Notes under the pieces: model-generated
The model's database searches: none
The model's input: the letters and a program-made list of their open reading frames with translations, nothing else
Told to the model about the DNA's origin: nothing
Part shown: piece after piece, positions 1-11,290 of the stretch
Numbering within the stretch: position 1 is the first letter of the stretch
Layout of the letters: the number at the start of each line of letters is the position of its first letter
Position numbers and translations under genes: made by a program
Assembly (NCBI RefSeq): GCF_036321535.1
Contig: NC_087449.1
Location: 50,034,001-50,098,000, forward strand
DNA length: 64,000 bases
Direction: 5' to 3'
From: Camelus dromedarius
Lineage: Eukaryota

Positions 1-1095
1 TGCATTTACTCAGTTCTACTGATGCTCTTCTTCGCTATTCAGCTAGTAATTCTTTCCACGAGTGTCCATTGATTTCCATATTGAAAGATTTCTTGATGCC
101 CTTTCTAATGAGAATCCTGTTTCACGTGTCCTCACATCAGAGTGAGAGCACTTAGACTTACTTTACTGTAAAAACGGTGCCAATAGCTCACTGGGGACGG
201 CTGTACACCTTTCTCCTGGAGATGCTTATTTTATCTTTTTTAGATTGTCTTTTTGCCTTGTAGTAAAATTTATTGCTGATAGCCAGACGTGATGTGTCAG
301 GTCAAAGGAACTCCAGTAAACTGGCATTTAATGGGAGGCGTTACGTTTATCTGGCTAGGAGTTGGGCTCCATTTACATTTGCCATAGTTGCAGTATTAGA
401 GGCTAAAATTTCCTCCAGTCTCCTTGTTTTTGTCTCCAAGAGGCTCCCTAAATAGGATCTGAGGCTTGCTGGCCTTTTAGCTCTGTTTTCATACAAGAGC
501 CCTACTGGGGCAGCGGTGGGGCAGTGGTGGGGTGGCAGGAAGGGAAACATTCTGCAGCCCTGTGATTAGGTCTCAGTCTTCCAGTGCCTCTGAGTTGATT
601 ATTTCCTTTCCCCCAGGTTGTTAGGCTCTGGTAACATAGTTTCCCTTGAAGCAGCCTTGTTAAGGAGAAAAGAGTGCTCAGCGCATATTTCAAAATGGTT
701 ATTTTTCCTCCCTGCGCTGGAAGCAAGAGGGGATTTTTCTCCTGTCTTCACATTGAGAACCTTACGGGGCTCCTGGAGGTAAAAGTCACAAAAATCTGGA
801 GGTTCTCCTTAAGCCTTGGCTGCCTTGGAGTTTTTAACCCCTACGCGAGTCTACAGTGAGCCCCCAGCAGTTCATTATGTATAAAGTGCTCCTACAGTTG
901 CTGGCTCCAGTTAAGGGCTTCAGTCCTCAGTAAACTGTAATTCTAGGGATCTGCTTCTTTCCAGGTTTCTGGGCACCTGTTTGTCTGTGACCTCAATCTT
1001 CTCACGGATCTAAGAAGATGGTTGTTGATTTTCAGTTTGTTCAGCCTTTATTTTTTTAATTGTGAAAATGAAAATGATAAGCTCTTTACAGCATG
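1..1095 (-). mobile_element. Old L1 (L1M-type) fragment: 5' UTR and start of ORF1, running off the left edge
   Basis: T-rich antisense ORF1-like text at 1-260, then L1M 5' UTR-like sequence ending in the typical 5'-terminal motif (tcttctcacggatctaagaagatggttgttgattttcagtttgttcagc...gctctttaca). Recognised from memory of the consensus. Confidence 0.7.
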
Positions 1096-1099
1096 CAGA

Positions 1100-3930
1100 T
1101 CTCACATGTGTTTTGTTACGTCTATAACTAAACATTTCATTTCCTTTTGGAGACTGTAAATGTCATTGTGTTTTAAATTTCAGATTCTGCATGTTCACTG
1201 TTAGTATATATAAATACAGTTAACCTTTGTGGGTTGATCTATTATCCTGTGATCTGGCTGAACTCAGTTCTAGGAAGGTCTTTGTTTTTGTTTGTTTTAG
1301 TAGATTCCTTGTGAAGAGACTCATATCATCTCCAAATAGAAACAGTTTCTTTTTTCCTTTCTTTCAAATCTGTGTGCCTCATATTTATTTTTCTTGCCTT
1401 ATTGCAGTGGCTATATCATCCAGTAGTAGTAGCATGAATGATGAGAATAGATATCCTGCCTTGTTCCTGATCTAGGGGCAAGCAAAGCATTTAGCCTTTC
1501 GCCATAAAGTGTGATGTTAGCTGTGGCATGTTTGATGTTGTTCTTTATCAAGTTTATTCAGGAAGTTCCCTTCTATTTCCATTCTTTGAAGAATTTTTAC
1601 CATGAATGAGTATTTGAATAATGCCAAATGCTTTCTCTGTCAATTGATATGATTATTTGATTTTTTTCTTTAGCCTGTTAACATTATGTATTATATTGAT
1701 AGCTTTTTGAATGTTGAACCAGACTTACAAATCTGTAATAAATTTTGCTTGGTCATGTAATTATTTGTATGCACTTTTGGATTTGGTTTGCTAATATATA
1801 AATTTGAGGATTTGGGGGTCTAAGTTCATGAGAGATATTGGTCTGCTCTTTTTCTTTTTTTGTACTATCTTTGGTTTGGTAACAGGCTATATTGGATTCA
1901 TATAGTGCATTGGAAAGGGTTCCTTCCTCTTCTATTTTCTAAAAGAGATTGTGTAGAATTGGTATTAATTCTTTGAAATTTGAAGAATTCTCCAATAAAA
2001 TCATATGAGCCTGGTGATTTCTTTAGGAGGAGCTTTTAATTATTGTATGTTTCTTTAATGGTAAAAGAGCTATTCTGATTATCTATTTATCTTGATTGAG
2101 TTTGGTAGTTTGGGGTTTTCAAGGAATTGGTCCATAGCTTCTAAGTTGTCAAAATTACGAGGGTAAAGTTATTAATAATTCCCTTAAATCTTTAAAATGC
2201 TGTAGATCTGTAGTGATTGCCTCTATTTCATTCCTGGAACTAGCATATTGTCTCATCTCTCTTTGCATTTTTTTCAGTCTTGCTAAAGGTTTATCAATTT
2301 CATTAATTTTTTGAAGAGCAGTTTTGTATTTCATTGATTTTTTCTATTGTTTTCCTATTTTCAAGTTCATCAGTTTCTGCTTTTATCTTTATAATTCTCT
2401 TCCTTCTGCTTGCTTTGAGTTTATTTTGCTGTTCTTTTTCTCATTTCTTCAGGTGACAGCTTAGATTTTTGGTTTGAGAACTTTCCTTATTTCAGATGTA
2501 AGCATTTAGTGCTATAAACTTTCCTCTCAGCACTGATTTAGCTGCATCCCATATATTTTGATATGTTGTGTTTTTGTTTTCATTTATTCTCTCTATTTTT
2601 TAAATTGCCATTGAGACTTCCTCTTTGGCCTATAGATCATTAAGAGGTATGCTGTTTAATTTCCATGTGTTTAGAGATTTTCCTGTTGTCTTTCTGTTAT
2701 TGACTTCCAATTTGATTCCAGTATAGTCAGAGAACACACCCTATATTCTTTCAATTTTTAAAAATGTATTGAGTTTTGTTTTATCTTGACCCATCTGGTT
2801 AAGATATAGTCTGTTTTGGTGAACGCTTCTTGGGTACTTCAAGACTGTATTTTGATGTTGTTGTGTGGTGTGTTCTGTGTAGGTCAGTCACGTCCTGCTG
2901 GTTGATTGTATCATTTAGATCCTCCACAGCTTTGCTCTTTAATAACATTTCTTTTCTTGTTTATAACTTCTACTTCTTTGCTGAGATTTTCTATTTTTTC
3001 ATTTGTTTCAAGAGAATTTATAATTGATTTTTTGTTTTGTGTTTGTTTTGTTTTAATGGAAGTACTGGGGATTGAACCCAGGACCTCATGCATGCTAAAC
3101 ATGAACTCTACCACAGAGCTCTACCCACCCTACTCCCCAGTAATTGATTTTTGAAACGTTTTAAGTTGGCTGCTTTAAAATTTATGTCAGACAATTCCAG
3201 CATCTGATTCATCTTGGTGTTTAGCATCAGCTGAGTCTTTGCTCATTTAATTTGTAATTGTCTTGGTTCTTGGTATGGTGGATAATTTTCTATTATATCC
3301 TGAACATTTTGTCTGCTCCATTAGAAGAGTCTAAGCCCTATTTAAATCTTTTATTTTAGCAGGCAGCCACCCTGTTTGGGTTTGGCACATGGGTTCCTGT
3401 CCTACAATTGTGGGCTATGGTGCCAGTGGCAGTTTAGTTATCAGAGCCATTGTGGTCTGCTTGGTTTATCTGATGCTGCCTTGATTCTCACTGGCTCCTT
3501 CTGCGGCTGCCTGATGGGGTGTCAGGGGCTTCCCTAGGCCATTTGTGAGGGGCTGGACTGTGGTGGAGTCCTTCTGCTGGTCCTTTCTGGCTGCCCTGGG
3601 GTCTCTGTTAGGGGAGTAGAGTCTTGGGCTCATCAGCATGCAGAGGCTTCCTGGACCGGTATATTTGTGTCTGAGTCCCCCTGGTTCTGCTCACCCAGTC
3701 CAACCCTAGGAATGAACATTACACTCTCAGCTATTTCAAATAATTCAGTGATATTTGCAACAGATACCACCGCTCCATTTTTGAGAACGTATCAGCATGT
3801 GCTAACCTCCATGGCTCAGGGAGGGACTGATGCAGGGGTGTCAAAGGACATGGTACTTGGCAGCAAGAAGCAGGGATTGTACATGCTGACATCTGAGCAT
3901 GTCTAATTCGCCACTGTAAGATGCCTGGCT
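1100..3930 (-). mobile_element. Old L1 (L1MC/L1MD-like): ORF2 endonuclease-RT part joined to 5' ORF1/5' UTR by an internal deletion; decayed
   Basis: Antisense ORF2 hallmarks (ttttctctgtcaattgatatgatt, aggaagttcccttctatt, ccaatttgattccagtatagtcagaga). Near 2990-3150 it jumps to ORF1 5' text (gctgctttaaaatttatgtcagacaattccagcatc). No open frame. Confidence 0.85.
3033..3140 (-). mobile_element. Camelid tRNA-Ala-derived SINE (vic-1 type) inserted in L1
   Basis: The reverse complement reads gggtagagctctgtggtagag...tttagcatgcatgaggtcctgggttcaatccccagtacttcca plus an A-rich tail, with an intact B-box. A 12-bp target-site duplication taattgattttt is at 3021-3032 and 3141-3152. Confidence 0.92.
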
Positions 3931-4319
3931 GTGCAAGTGTCAATAGGGTGGGTTTAATTACTTTAGTTACTTAACCTCTCTCGACCTCAATTAAGGGCTT
4001 TGGAGCTACTCTTACAGGCAAATCCCTGCTCAGCTACTCATTAGTTGCTGGGATAGTCACATACCTTAGTGCTTCTGGGTCTCTGTTTCCTCATCTGTGC
4101 AACAGGAGTGAGGGAAGTCCCACCTCCCAGACTCTTTAACATGATGCTGATGTAAAATTCTGAGTGCAGCAAGGGGCACCTGGTTGACCCCACTCAATAA
4201 CCATCAGCAGTTATTGCCATGATCTGGTGAGTCCAGGCTAATGGATATGTCTGTTTTAACAGTAATAATGAGACAATAACGATGCTTTTATTAGTACTAA
4301 TAATGTTGTGTTTAGAAAA

Positions 4320-4527
4320 CAGACTCAATCAAACCAGCCTGGATCTGAATTCTGACACCGGCACTTACTCACTGGGTGGGATATGGGGCAAGCTACTTAA
4401 CTTCTCTAAGCCTCAATTTCCTCATCTATAAAGTGAGGACACTGAAAATACCTAATTCATAGATCAGTCATGCAAAGGGCCGAGCATGGTGCTTAGAATG
4501 TGGTAAGTGCTCAATAATTGTTGGCTA
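4320..4527 (+). mobile_element. MIR SINE
   Basis: Core ggcaagctacttaacttctctaagcctcaatttcctcatctataaagtg and 3' end gtaagtgctcaataa. Confidence 0.85.
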
Positions 4528-4850
4528 CAGTTTGTCAGGAAGGCAGAGATCTTTGTGTCTTGTTCATGGCTGTATCCCTGTGTCCCCAAAGCCTGGAACA
4601 GTGGTGCTCTGTCCTGACATGTTGGGGCTGCAGCCAGGCTGCCAGCCCGTCTGGTCCAAGGCTGCATCTGGTTCACGACTGTATCTCCAGAGCCTGCCTG
4701 GGAGTCTCACTCCTGCTCTGGGCATCTGAGGAGGCTTCATCACTGGTGCCAGAGTTTAAAAGGAGTCTGAGTCACCTCCCACTCTGCGTTATTACTGAGA
4801 TTGAGATTACTGGTCCCCCCCTCTGTCTCTGTCTGTCTGCCTGTCTCTCT

Positions 4851-4862
4851 CACACACACACA

Positions 4863-4921
<59 letters not shown>
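4851..4921. repeat. (CA)n microsatellite, about 35 units with one interruption
   Basis: Directly visible. Confidence 0.99.
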
Positions 4922-4924
<3 letters not shown>

Positions 4925-5365
4925 CAGCAGCAGTTGGACATTCCACTAACAGTCCTTCCCAAGCGCCTTGCATCCCTCATGATTTTATCGCCTTGAGGAT
5001 GAGCAGAATCAGTGTCCAGGAATCTGGAGGATCTCCTTCCACCAAAGTCCTTCTTCTTTGATGCCTGAGATGCATAGTGTCCATCTGTTAGAATGTGGAA
5101 GTTGCTGCCCTGGGGTACCAGGCACTTGCTCCTTCCCCCTCCTCAGCCAATCACTGTGCAGTGAGAGGGGATTTCAGGGTCCTTCCTGGGTGCAGTTTTG
5201 ATGGGGGAAGGACAGAGAGCACAGGGCTGGGATGCTGGGGGAGATAGATAGTGCCAGAAGGGACAAGAGAAGGTGCTAACATCCACCTCTGTCCACCTGC
5301 CCTCAGCGTGTTGTTCTGATTATTGGGTACCTTTGGTTCAGGTTTATCAGTGAGTCCTACTGGGG

Positions 5366-5750
5366 TGTATGAGTCAGCTAAGCCTGCCATGACAGAACAC
5401 CAGACTCAGGGGCTTAGACAACAGAAATTTACTTTATTGCAGTTCTGGAGGTTGGAAGTCCAAGATCAAGGTGCTGGCGGGGCCATTTCCCTTGAGGCCT
5501 CTCTCCCTGTGTTGCAGACGGCTGCCTTCTCTCTGGGTCCTCACATGGCCTCTTCTCTGTGTGTGTGCATCCGTGGTGTCTCTTCTTCTTATAAGGATTC
5601 CAATCATACTGGATTTGGGCCCCACCCTTATGACCTCATGTAACCTTAATTACCTCCCTAAAGGTCCTATCTCTAAGTATAGCTAAACTGGGGATTAAGG
5701 CTACAACATGTGGATTGAACATGGAGGGGGGCACAATTCAGCCCGTGACA
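5366..5750 (-). mobile_element. MLT1A/B-type MaLR solo LTR
   Basis: TG...CA termini (tgtatgagtc...gcccgtgaca), with internal ttctggaggttggaagtccaagatcaaggtg and ggatttgggcccacccttatgacctcatgtaaccttaattacc. Confidence 0.88.
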
Positions 5751-5879
5751 GGGGTCACAACCTCCAAGGAATGTCTATGGGGTCCCCTGAGCCCCACAAA
5801 GGATCCGGTGTGATTCTTTCTTGCTTTAACATCTCCCCCCACCTCTGACTGCCTCTGAAGTTGTCTGGTCCAGGCCTCT

Positions 5880-5980
5880 CATTTCACCCTTGGAGAATGA
5901 GGCTCAGAGAAAGGCAGTGATCTACCCCAGGTCACACAGCAAGTAGGGAGCGGCTCCAGCACAGCTGAGCCTCCTGATCT
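5880..5980 (-). mobile_element. MIR fragment
   Basis: gaggctcagagaaaggcagtgatctaccccaggtcacacagc. Confidence 0.7.
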
Positions 5981-6864
5981 GGCCTGGGATTTCCCCTGAT
6001 GCCAGTGGTCAGGACTGCAGGGATGGTTGGCAGCTGGCACTGGGATCTGTGGCCTTGGGGACCTGGTGTCAGGGCTGAGGGGGCCTTGGTACCAAGTGAC
6101 TGCTTTTGTCTCAAGTCTGGTTTTTATTTCTCTCTTAATGATTCCAATTTCAGGGTTTTTTTTTTTTTTTGTCTGTGTTTTTATTCTCTTGTCTTTCATT
6201 GCGCTTTCTCTCTGGGTAATCTGAAGCTTGCAGGCAGCTAAGTATGATGTGTACATTCCAATGAAATGCAATAAACTATAATTGAACACATTTCTTTCAT
6301 GTCTGAGCAGTGGATTTAATCTCCCTGGCACATCCTATTTTGTCTTTGCTTCCTCTGACTTTTCTCTTGAGTATTTTTCTCCTCTTTCCAGAATCTCTGG
6401 GATTTGAACAGCCCTGTGGCTTCTGCTCATTGGAGAGACACGTTACAGCCTGAGTCTTCACGATCGACTGGTGATGATGCCGGAACAGCGAAGAGGGAAC
6501 TGCCAGCATCCGCGTGGGCCTGGGAGGGCCGCCAGCCCCAGACGGGGAGTGGAGAGGGGTCTCTGTCAATGATTAGTGTGGAGCGTGTCCATGGGCAGGA
6601 CTGAGGGGTCTCCCGTGGACACACCTGTCACTTAGGCAGGGGTCTCCCTGGGCAGACACACTCATCCCTGCACACGCACTGGGAAAAGGCAGGTTCCTCT
6701 TTGTTGCTCTGGAACTGAGGCTGGATGTCTGTGGTCATGACTCTCAGCCAAAGCAGCATCATGGGTCCTCAGTGAGTGGAGGGATCGGCAGGGATGCCCT
6801 GGATGTGACCGTGAGTTGTGAACTCAGCTCAGGAGGAGAGTGCGAGACATCAGGTGGAGCTGAG

Positions 6865-7045
6865 CAGGACCTTGCTGTGTGACCTTGGGTGAGTGACCCA
6901 ACCCCCAAGCCTCAGTTTCCCTGTCTGTAATACAGGCATACATCAGTGCACTCTACAAAGGGTTGTAGGCAGGATTAAATGAAATGGTGCTTGTAAAATG
7001 TAAGCACGGTGCCTGGTACCTGTGAGTCCTGAATAGAGGCTAGAA
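6865..7045 (+). mobile_element. MIR SINE
   Basis: gctgtgtgaccttggg...gcctcagtttccctgtctgtaa...aggattaaatgaaat...gtgcctgg. Confidence 0.85.
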
Positions 7046-7047
7046 AT

Positions 7048-7320
7048 ATTCATCCATCCATTCATTCATTCACTTTTTCATTCATTTATCCGTCCGGCCC
7101 ACTTTGAGAGCTACTATGCACTGGGCTGTGTGCTGGGCATCAGGGAGAGGGAATAAAACCTCCCATTGCCTCCAGTAGCTCACAGTCCAGTGGTGAGACT
7201 GCAACACACTCTGAGAGAGGGACAGAAGCTGGGTTTTCTGAGTACAAAGGAGGGACAAACACCAAAGAGGATCAGAGAAGGCCTCCTGGGGGAGGTGACA
7301 CTTGAGGTTTGGGGGGAAGG
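7048..7320 (-). mobile_element. L2 3' end
   Basis: (ttca)n-like tail followed by actatgcactgggctgtgtgctggg...agctcacagtccagtgg...gaaggcctcctgggggaggtgacacttgag. Confidence 0.8.
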
Positions 7321-8549
7321 TTATGGTCACCAAGGTTACGCCTCTTTGGTCTTTCCCATCCACACCTTCCCATCTCATCTCTTGTCTGCCCTTCTCGCCC
7401 CCTTGGCCATTTCAGATCCTGAATATCAGCTCAGATCTAGATAGAGATTCCTTGGTCCCACCCTTCTGGAATAAGAGGAGAGGAGGCCCAGAGAAGGAGT
7501 GGGATTTCCCAAGGCCACACAGCCAAATCAGGCAGAGCTGGAAGTGGCTCCCAGAGCAGTGTTCCCTCCGTGTGGTGCTGCCCTCTGCCCTTCTCTGGAC
7601 ATCACAGCCTGGGGCTGGGGCCTCTGCTCTCCAGGCCCTGCCTTGCAGACCTTGGGCGAAGGGCTTCATCACCCACTGAGTCAATAGTTAAAGAAACACT
7701 GTGCTTAAGGTGTAATTTTTTCAGATGGTTCAAAGAGAAGTCGATAAATGGGTCTTGTCTTCTCCCAGGAGATTTTTAGGTTTCCTTTTTTTTAAATTAG
7801 TTTTTCATATTTTATGACTGTTTCTCTAACACAGAGACTCCCCCTCTCTCGTAGCAGCTGGAGTCATCGGGGAGAACCGCTCCTGTGATGCTGCGGGCAC
7901 CTCTCGGCATGTGGCCCTGGGCTGGCAGCACCCTGCAGGGCCGGTGCCTGGAGGCAGCTGCAGCTCAGGGCTCCTTGCCTTGCGCCCGCCTTCTGGTGCC
8001 CTGGGATTCTTGACGCCCAGTCTGGGAGGTGGGGAGCTCCCTGTCGCTAGAGGGGTCTCCAGAGCTGGACAACACCTGGCAGAGTATTGAGGCATCAAAT
8101 GCTGGACTGAGGCTGTGGTTGGGACTCCATCTCTGCGCATCTCCCCCACCCCATCCTTCTTTTGACCCCAACACCAAAGTGGAAATGGAGGAGGGGTAGG
8201 GGAAAGGAGGAAGAGGAACTGAGAGTTACCGTGGGGGAGGGTAGCACTGGGTCTGGCGCTTCAGGGTCCGAATCACCACCTCCATCTCCAGCTCCTCCCC
8301 CATCCCCTCCCAGAGCTTAGGCTGTGTTTTCCTCATTTCACTGATGAGGAAACTGAGGCTCACAGAGGTTAAATGAGGCAGTAAGCAGTGGCGTTGGGAT
8401 CTGCCTGGTTCTTTCCCCAAAGCCCGACTGTCCCCGAGAGAATAAAGGCTGCTCTGAAGTGAGTGCTCACCTCCACCTCGTGCCAGGCTCTGAGTCAAAC
8501 TCTTCCCTCTCCAGATCTCAGGTAAACCCGACAAGAGTCTACTCAGTGG

Positions 8550-8690
8550 AGACTGTTCTCTCCACTTTTCAGGTGAGGAATGGGAAGCTCAGAGAGGTTA
8601 AGTTACTTGCCTGAGAACACACAGCTGGTGAGCCCTGGAGCTGAGATGTAATCCCAGGTCTGTCACCTATAGTCTGCGCTTGTAATCACT
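8550..8690 (-). mobile_element. MIR fragment
   Basis: ttttcaggtgaggaatgggaagctcagagaggttaagttacttgcc. Confidence 0.75.
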
Positions 8691-8750
8691 ACCCCTCCCC
8701 GCAAAGTTCTTCTTGAGGTCCGACCTAGTTCCTCCACCCTGACCTTCAGA

Positions 8751-9091
8751 CCAGCTACTGAAGGTCATGACCCCAGGATGCATTCCTGTATAAGACAGTT
8801 TATAAAATTCTCAAGGTCAAGGAGTCCTTGCTTTCCTTACATCTCTTATCTCCCTTAAGAATCGCTGCAAGCATGCATGAATGAACGTGTGCCCAGTCGC
8901 TCTGCAGACAGGCAGGAGGTGATCAGGCATGTGGGGTGTGGGCAGGCTACTACGATGGGGGTCTACTTGTGGCAGATGAGGGCTTCCCCTTCTGTGGATG
9001 GCCATCTAGCTGAGACCCCGTGGGCCCCTGGAAGAGGAATTCAGTCATCCAGTAGTTAATGCATCCCGGGGTCATGACCTTCAGTAGCTGG
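8751..9091. repeat. 34-bp inverted repeat pair (8751-8784 and 9058-9091, 33/34 identical) around a 273-bp spacer
   Basis: ccagctactgaaggtcatgaccccaggatgcatt versus the reverse complement of aatgcatcccggggtcatgaccttcagtagctgg. Confidence 0.97.
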
Positions 9092-10243
9092 CCTGTAACT
9101 TAGCCTCTCCGAGCTTCCCTTTGGGCCTCAAAAGCTACTCAGGTTTCCAGAGACCCCTGAGAGAGGCAACCATCCCTGGGGGTCTCCCCCTGAGGCCTCT
9201 GTGAGCCGGTGCTCCCTCCGTGGGGACTGGGGGCAGGGTCCCAGGAGCAAGCTGTGGGTCCTGGGGGTGGGGTGCGGGGAGAGTGGAGGTAGCTGGGTTG
9301 GGGCAGGAGGGATAGAGGCAGTGACAATACTAACCGTAACTACTGCATACTGATGGTTTACCGTGTCCTGGGAGGGGGAACCTTGTCCTAAGTTCCTCAC
9401 GCGTCTTAAGTTGGTTCACGTGGCAGAGCGGGAGCTCGTGCTGTGACTATCTGTACTGTTGAGATGAGGAACCTGAGGTGCGGGGAGGTTACGTGGCAGA
9501 GCCGGAACTTTAACCCAGAGTCTGGCTCTTAATGAAGATGCACTGAAGGAGTCCAGCTGGCTTGGCGCAGCCCTTGGTCGTGCCGGCCCTCCCCGTGTAA
9601 GGGTGTAAGCTGACACCACCTCTGAGTAACTGACAGGAGGAGGCCCAGGTCACTCGGAGGGGACGGAGCTGTTCAAGGGTGTAATCTTAGTCAGGGAGGC
9701 ATTAAAATTGATCTTGGTGCAGCTCATACCAGTCTATGTGCCAGGTACATAAATCACTTGTTTACAGGGGCTGTGTGTGGCCCACGTGGTGCCCTCTGTC
9801 TTGGGGAGAGCCTGAAGCTGTATTTACCGGGGAAAGGGTGGTAAATGTATAGACAGCGCCCACTCCCCGACCCCCGTGTCTAGGTGGTTGGTCCAGAACA
9901 GGCGGAGGCAGCAGTTCACTGTTCAGCCCCGAAGTCAGCCTCCTGCTCAGGGACAGCCAGGTGGGTGTGCCAGACCCTAGGCAGCCCTGCTGGGAAAGAA
10001 AATCCAGCCTATGCGACACCCGAGCTGGTAAAGCCAAGATCGCGAGGCATCGGAGTCACAGAGGTTTGGGGTTCAGTCTTACACGGCCCCTCGCTGGCTG
10101 TGCGGCTTGTTGCCACTTCCTGTGAGTCTGTTTTCTTATTTATCAAGGAAGACTGAGCAAGAGCTCTCCTGGATTGCTGAGCGCGGGTCCCAGAAACGAC
10201 GCCCAGCAGTGTGGGGTGAGTGCGACATCTACGCACCCGCTGC

Positions 10244-10297
10244 GGGAGAAGGGGTGGGGGGGGGGCGGGGGGGAGCCCGGCAGGGAGGAGGGGAGGG
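10244..10297 (+). other. G-run tract with G-quadruplex potential
   Basis: gggagaaggggtgggggggggcgggggggagcccggcagggaggaggggaggg contains more than four G3+ tracts with short loops. Confidence 0.6.
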
Positions 10298-10339
10298 ACT
10301 CACCTTCTTAGACCCTTCGGTGTCGGGAAGTGGGCACTG

Positions 10340-10500
10340 TGAAGACACGCTGTCATTTCATCCTGTTCACTTGCAGGCTGATGCTGTCATTGGCCCTACT
10401 TTACATGTGACTCTGAGCTCAGCCAGGTTAAGCCCAAAGTCCCAGAGCTGGTATCTGGTGGCAACCAGAAGAGGGACTCAAAGTCACCATCTTTCTTGAG
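10340..10500 (-). mobile_element. MIR fragment
   Basis: tcatttcatcctg...ccctactttacatgtgactctgagctcagccaggttaag. Confidence 0.6.
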
Positions 10501-11124
10501 TCTACGTGGATGGTTCCTGGTTCCTCCTGTGACGTCCCCCTCTGCACCACTGAGTGTTCATCCACACAGTCATTACCTGGTATGGTAATCTATGGCATAG
10601 CGAGTTAGCCCTAATGAGGATCAATAACTGACCTGGAGCAGAGTTTGTCAAGCGCAGCTCTGGTTTCCTCCTCAGCTTTCCTCTGGAACCTGGCGGTGCC
10701 TCAGCAGAAAGGGACCAGGACTCCCTCCCAGCCCCTCAGAGGCCTGCTCTGGTGACCAGTGCGGCCCGGCCCTCCCCAAGTCCCTCCTGACCCCACCCCA
10801 CGCCGGCTGTGGCCTCAGCTCTGGTCCTGTGAGTCCCCTGGGCCCTCGGGCTCCCAGACACCCCCTTCACCCTCCACTTCTTTCCCCACCTCCCCTCCCC
10901 CGGCCTCTGCCGTGTTTACTCTTGGTCTCCTCCCAGTGGACACGTAGAAGCCCCCTGGGGTCCCCCTGCCTCCAGCCTCTCCTCTTCCAGTTCCTGCCCC
11001 TCACTGGGTCATCTCGGGGAGCGGGGACCTTGCGGGCGGAGAGACCTGTGCCTTTCCTTGAGTTGCCTCTCAGCAGCCGTGTGAACTAGACTAAGAGTTT
11101 TTTTTGTTTGTTTTTTCCCCCTAA

Positions 11125-11290
11125 TCCTTTTGAGCTTTGGTTTCCTTGTCTGTCAAGTGAGTGTCCTCATCCCCACCTCACTTCACAGGTGCTGCTAGAA
11201 AAGCCACTGAGAAATGGGTTAACGCGCTTGACGGGGGCCTGATGCGCAGCGTACGCTCAGTCAACGGTGTCTGGAGTGTGTGTTGTTTCT
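11125..11290 (+). mobile_element. MIR fragment
   Basis: gagctttggtttccttgtctgtcaagtgag...cctcacttcacaggtgctg. Confidence 0.6.

Noticed and set aside
2911-3140. tRNA-Ala gene (also 27402-27490)
   Set aside because: The acceptor and anticodon stems are mutated, and there is an A-rich tail plus a TSD on the first copy. These are SINE copies, not functional tRNAs.
4518-5061. His-Thr / Val-Cys repeat ORFs
   Set aside because: Translation of the (CA)n microsatellite.
8751-9091. Inverted repeat interpreted as MITE termini
   Set aside because: No TA or 8-bp TSD, no resemblance to Tc1/mariner or hAT ends, and the spacer appears older than the arms.
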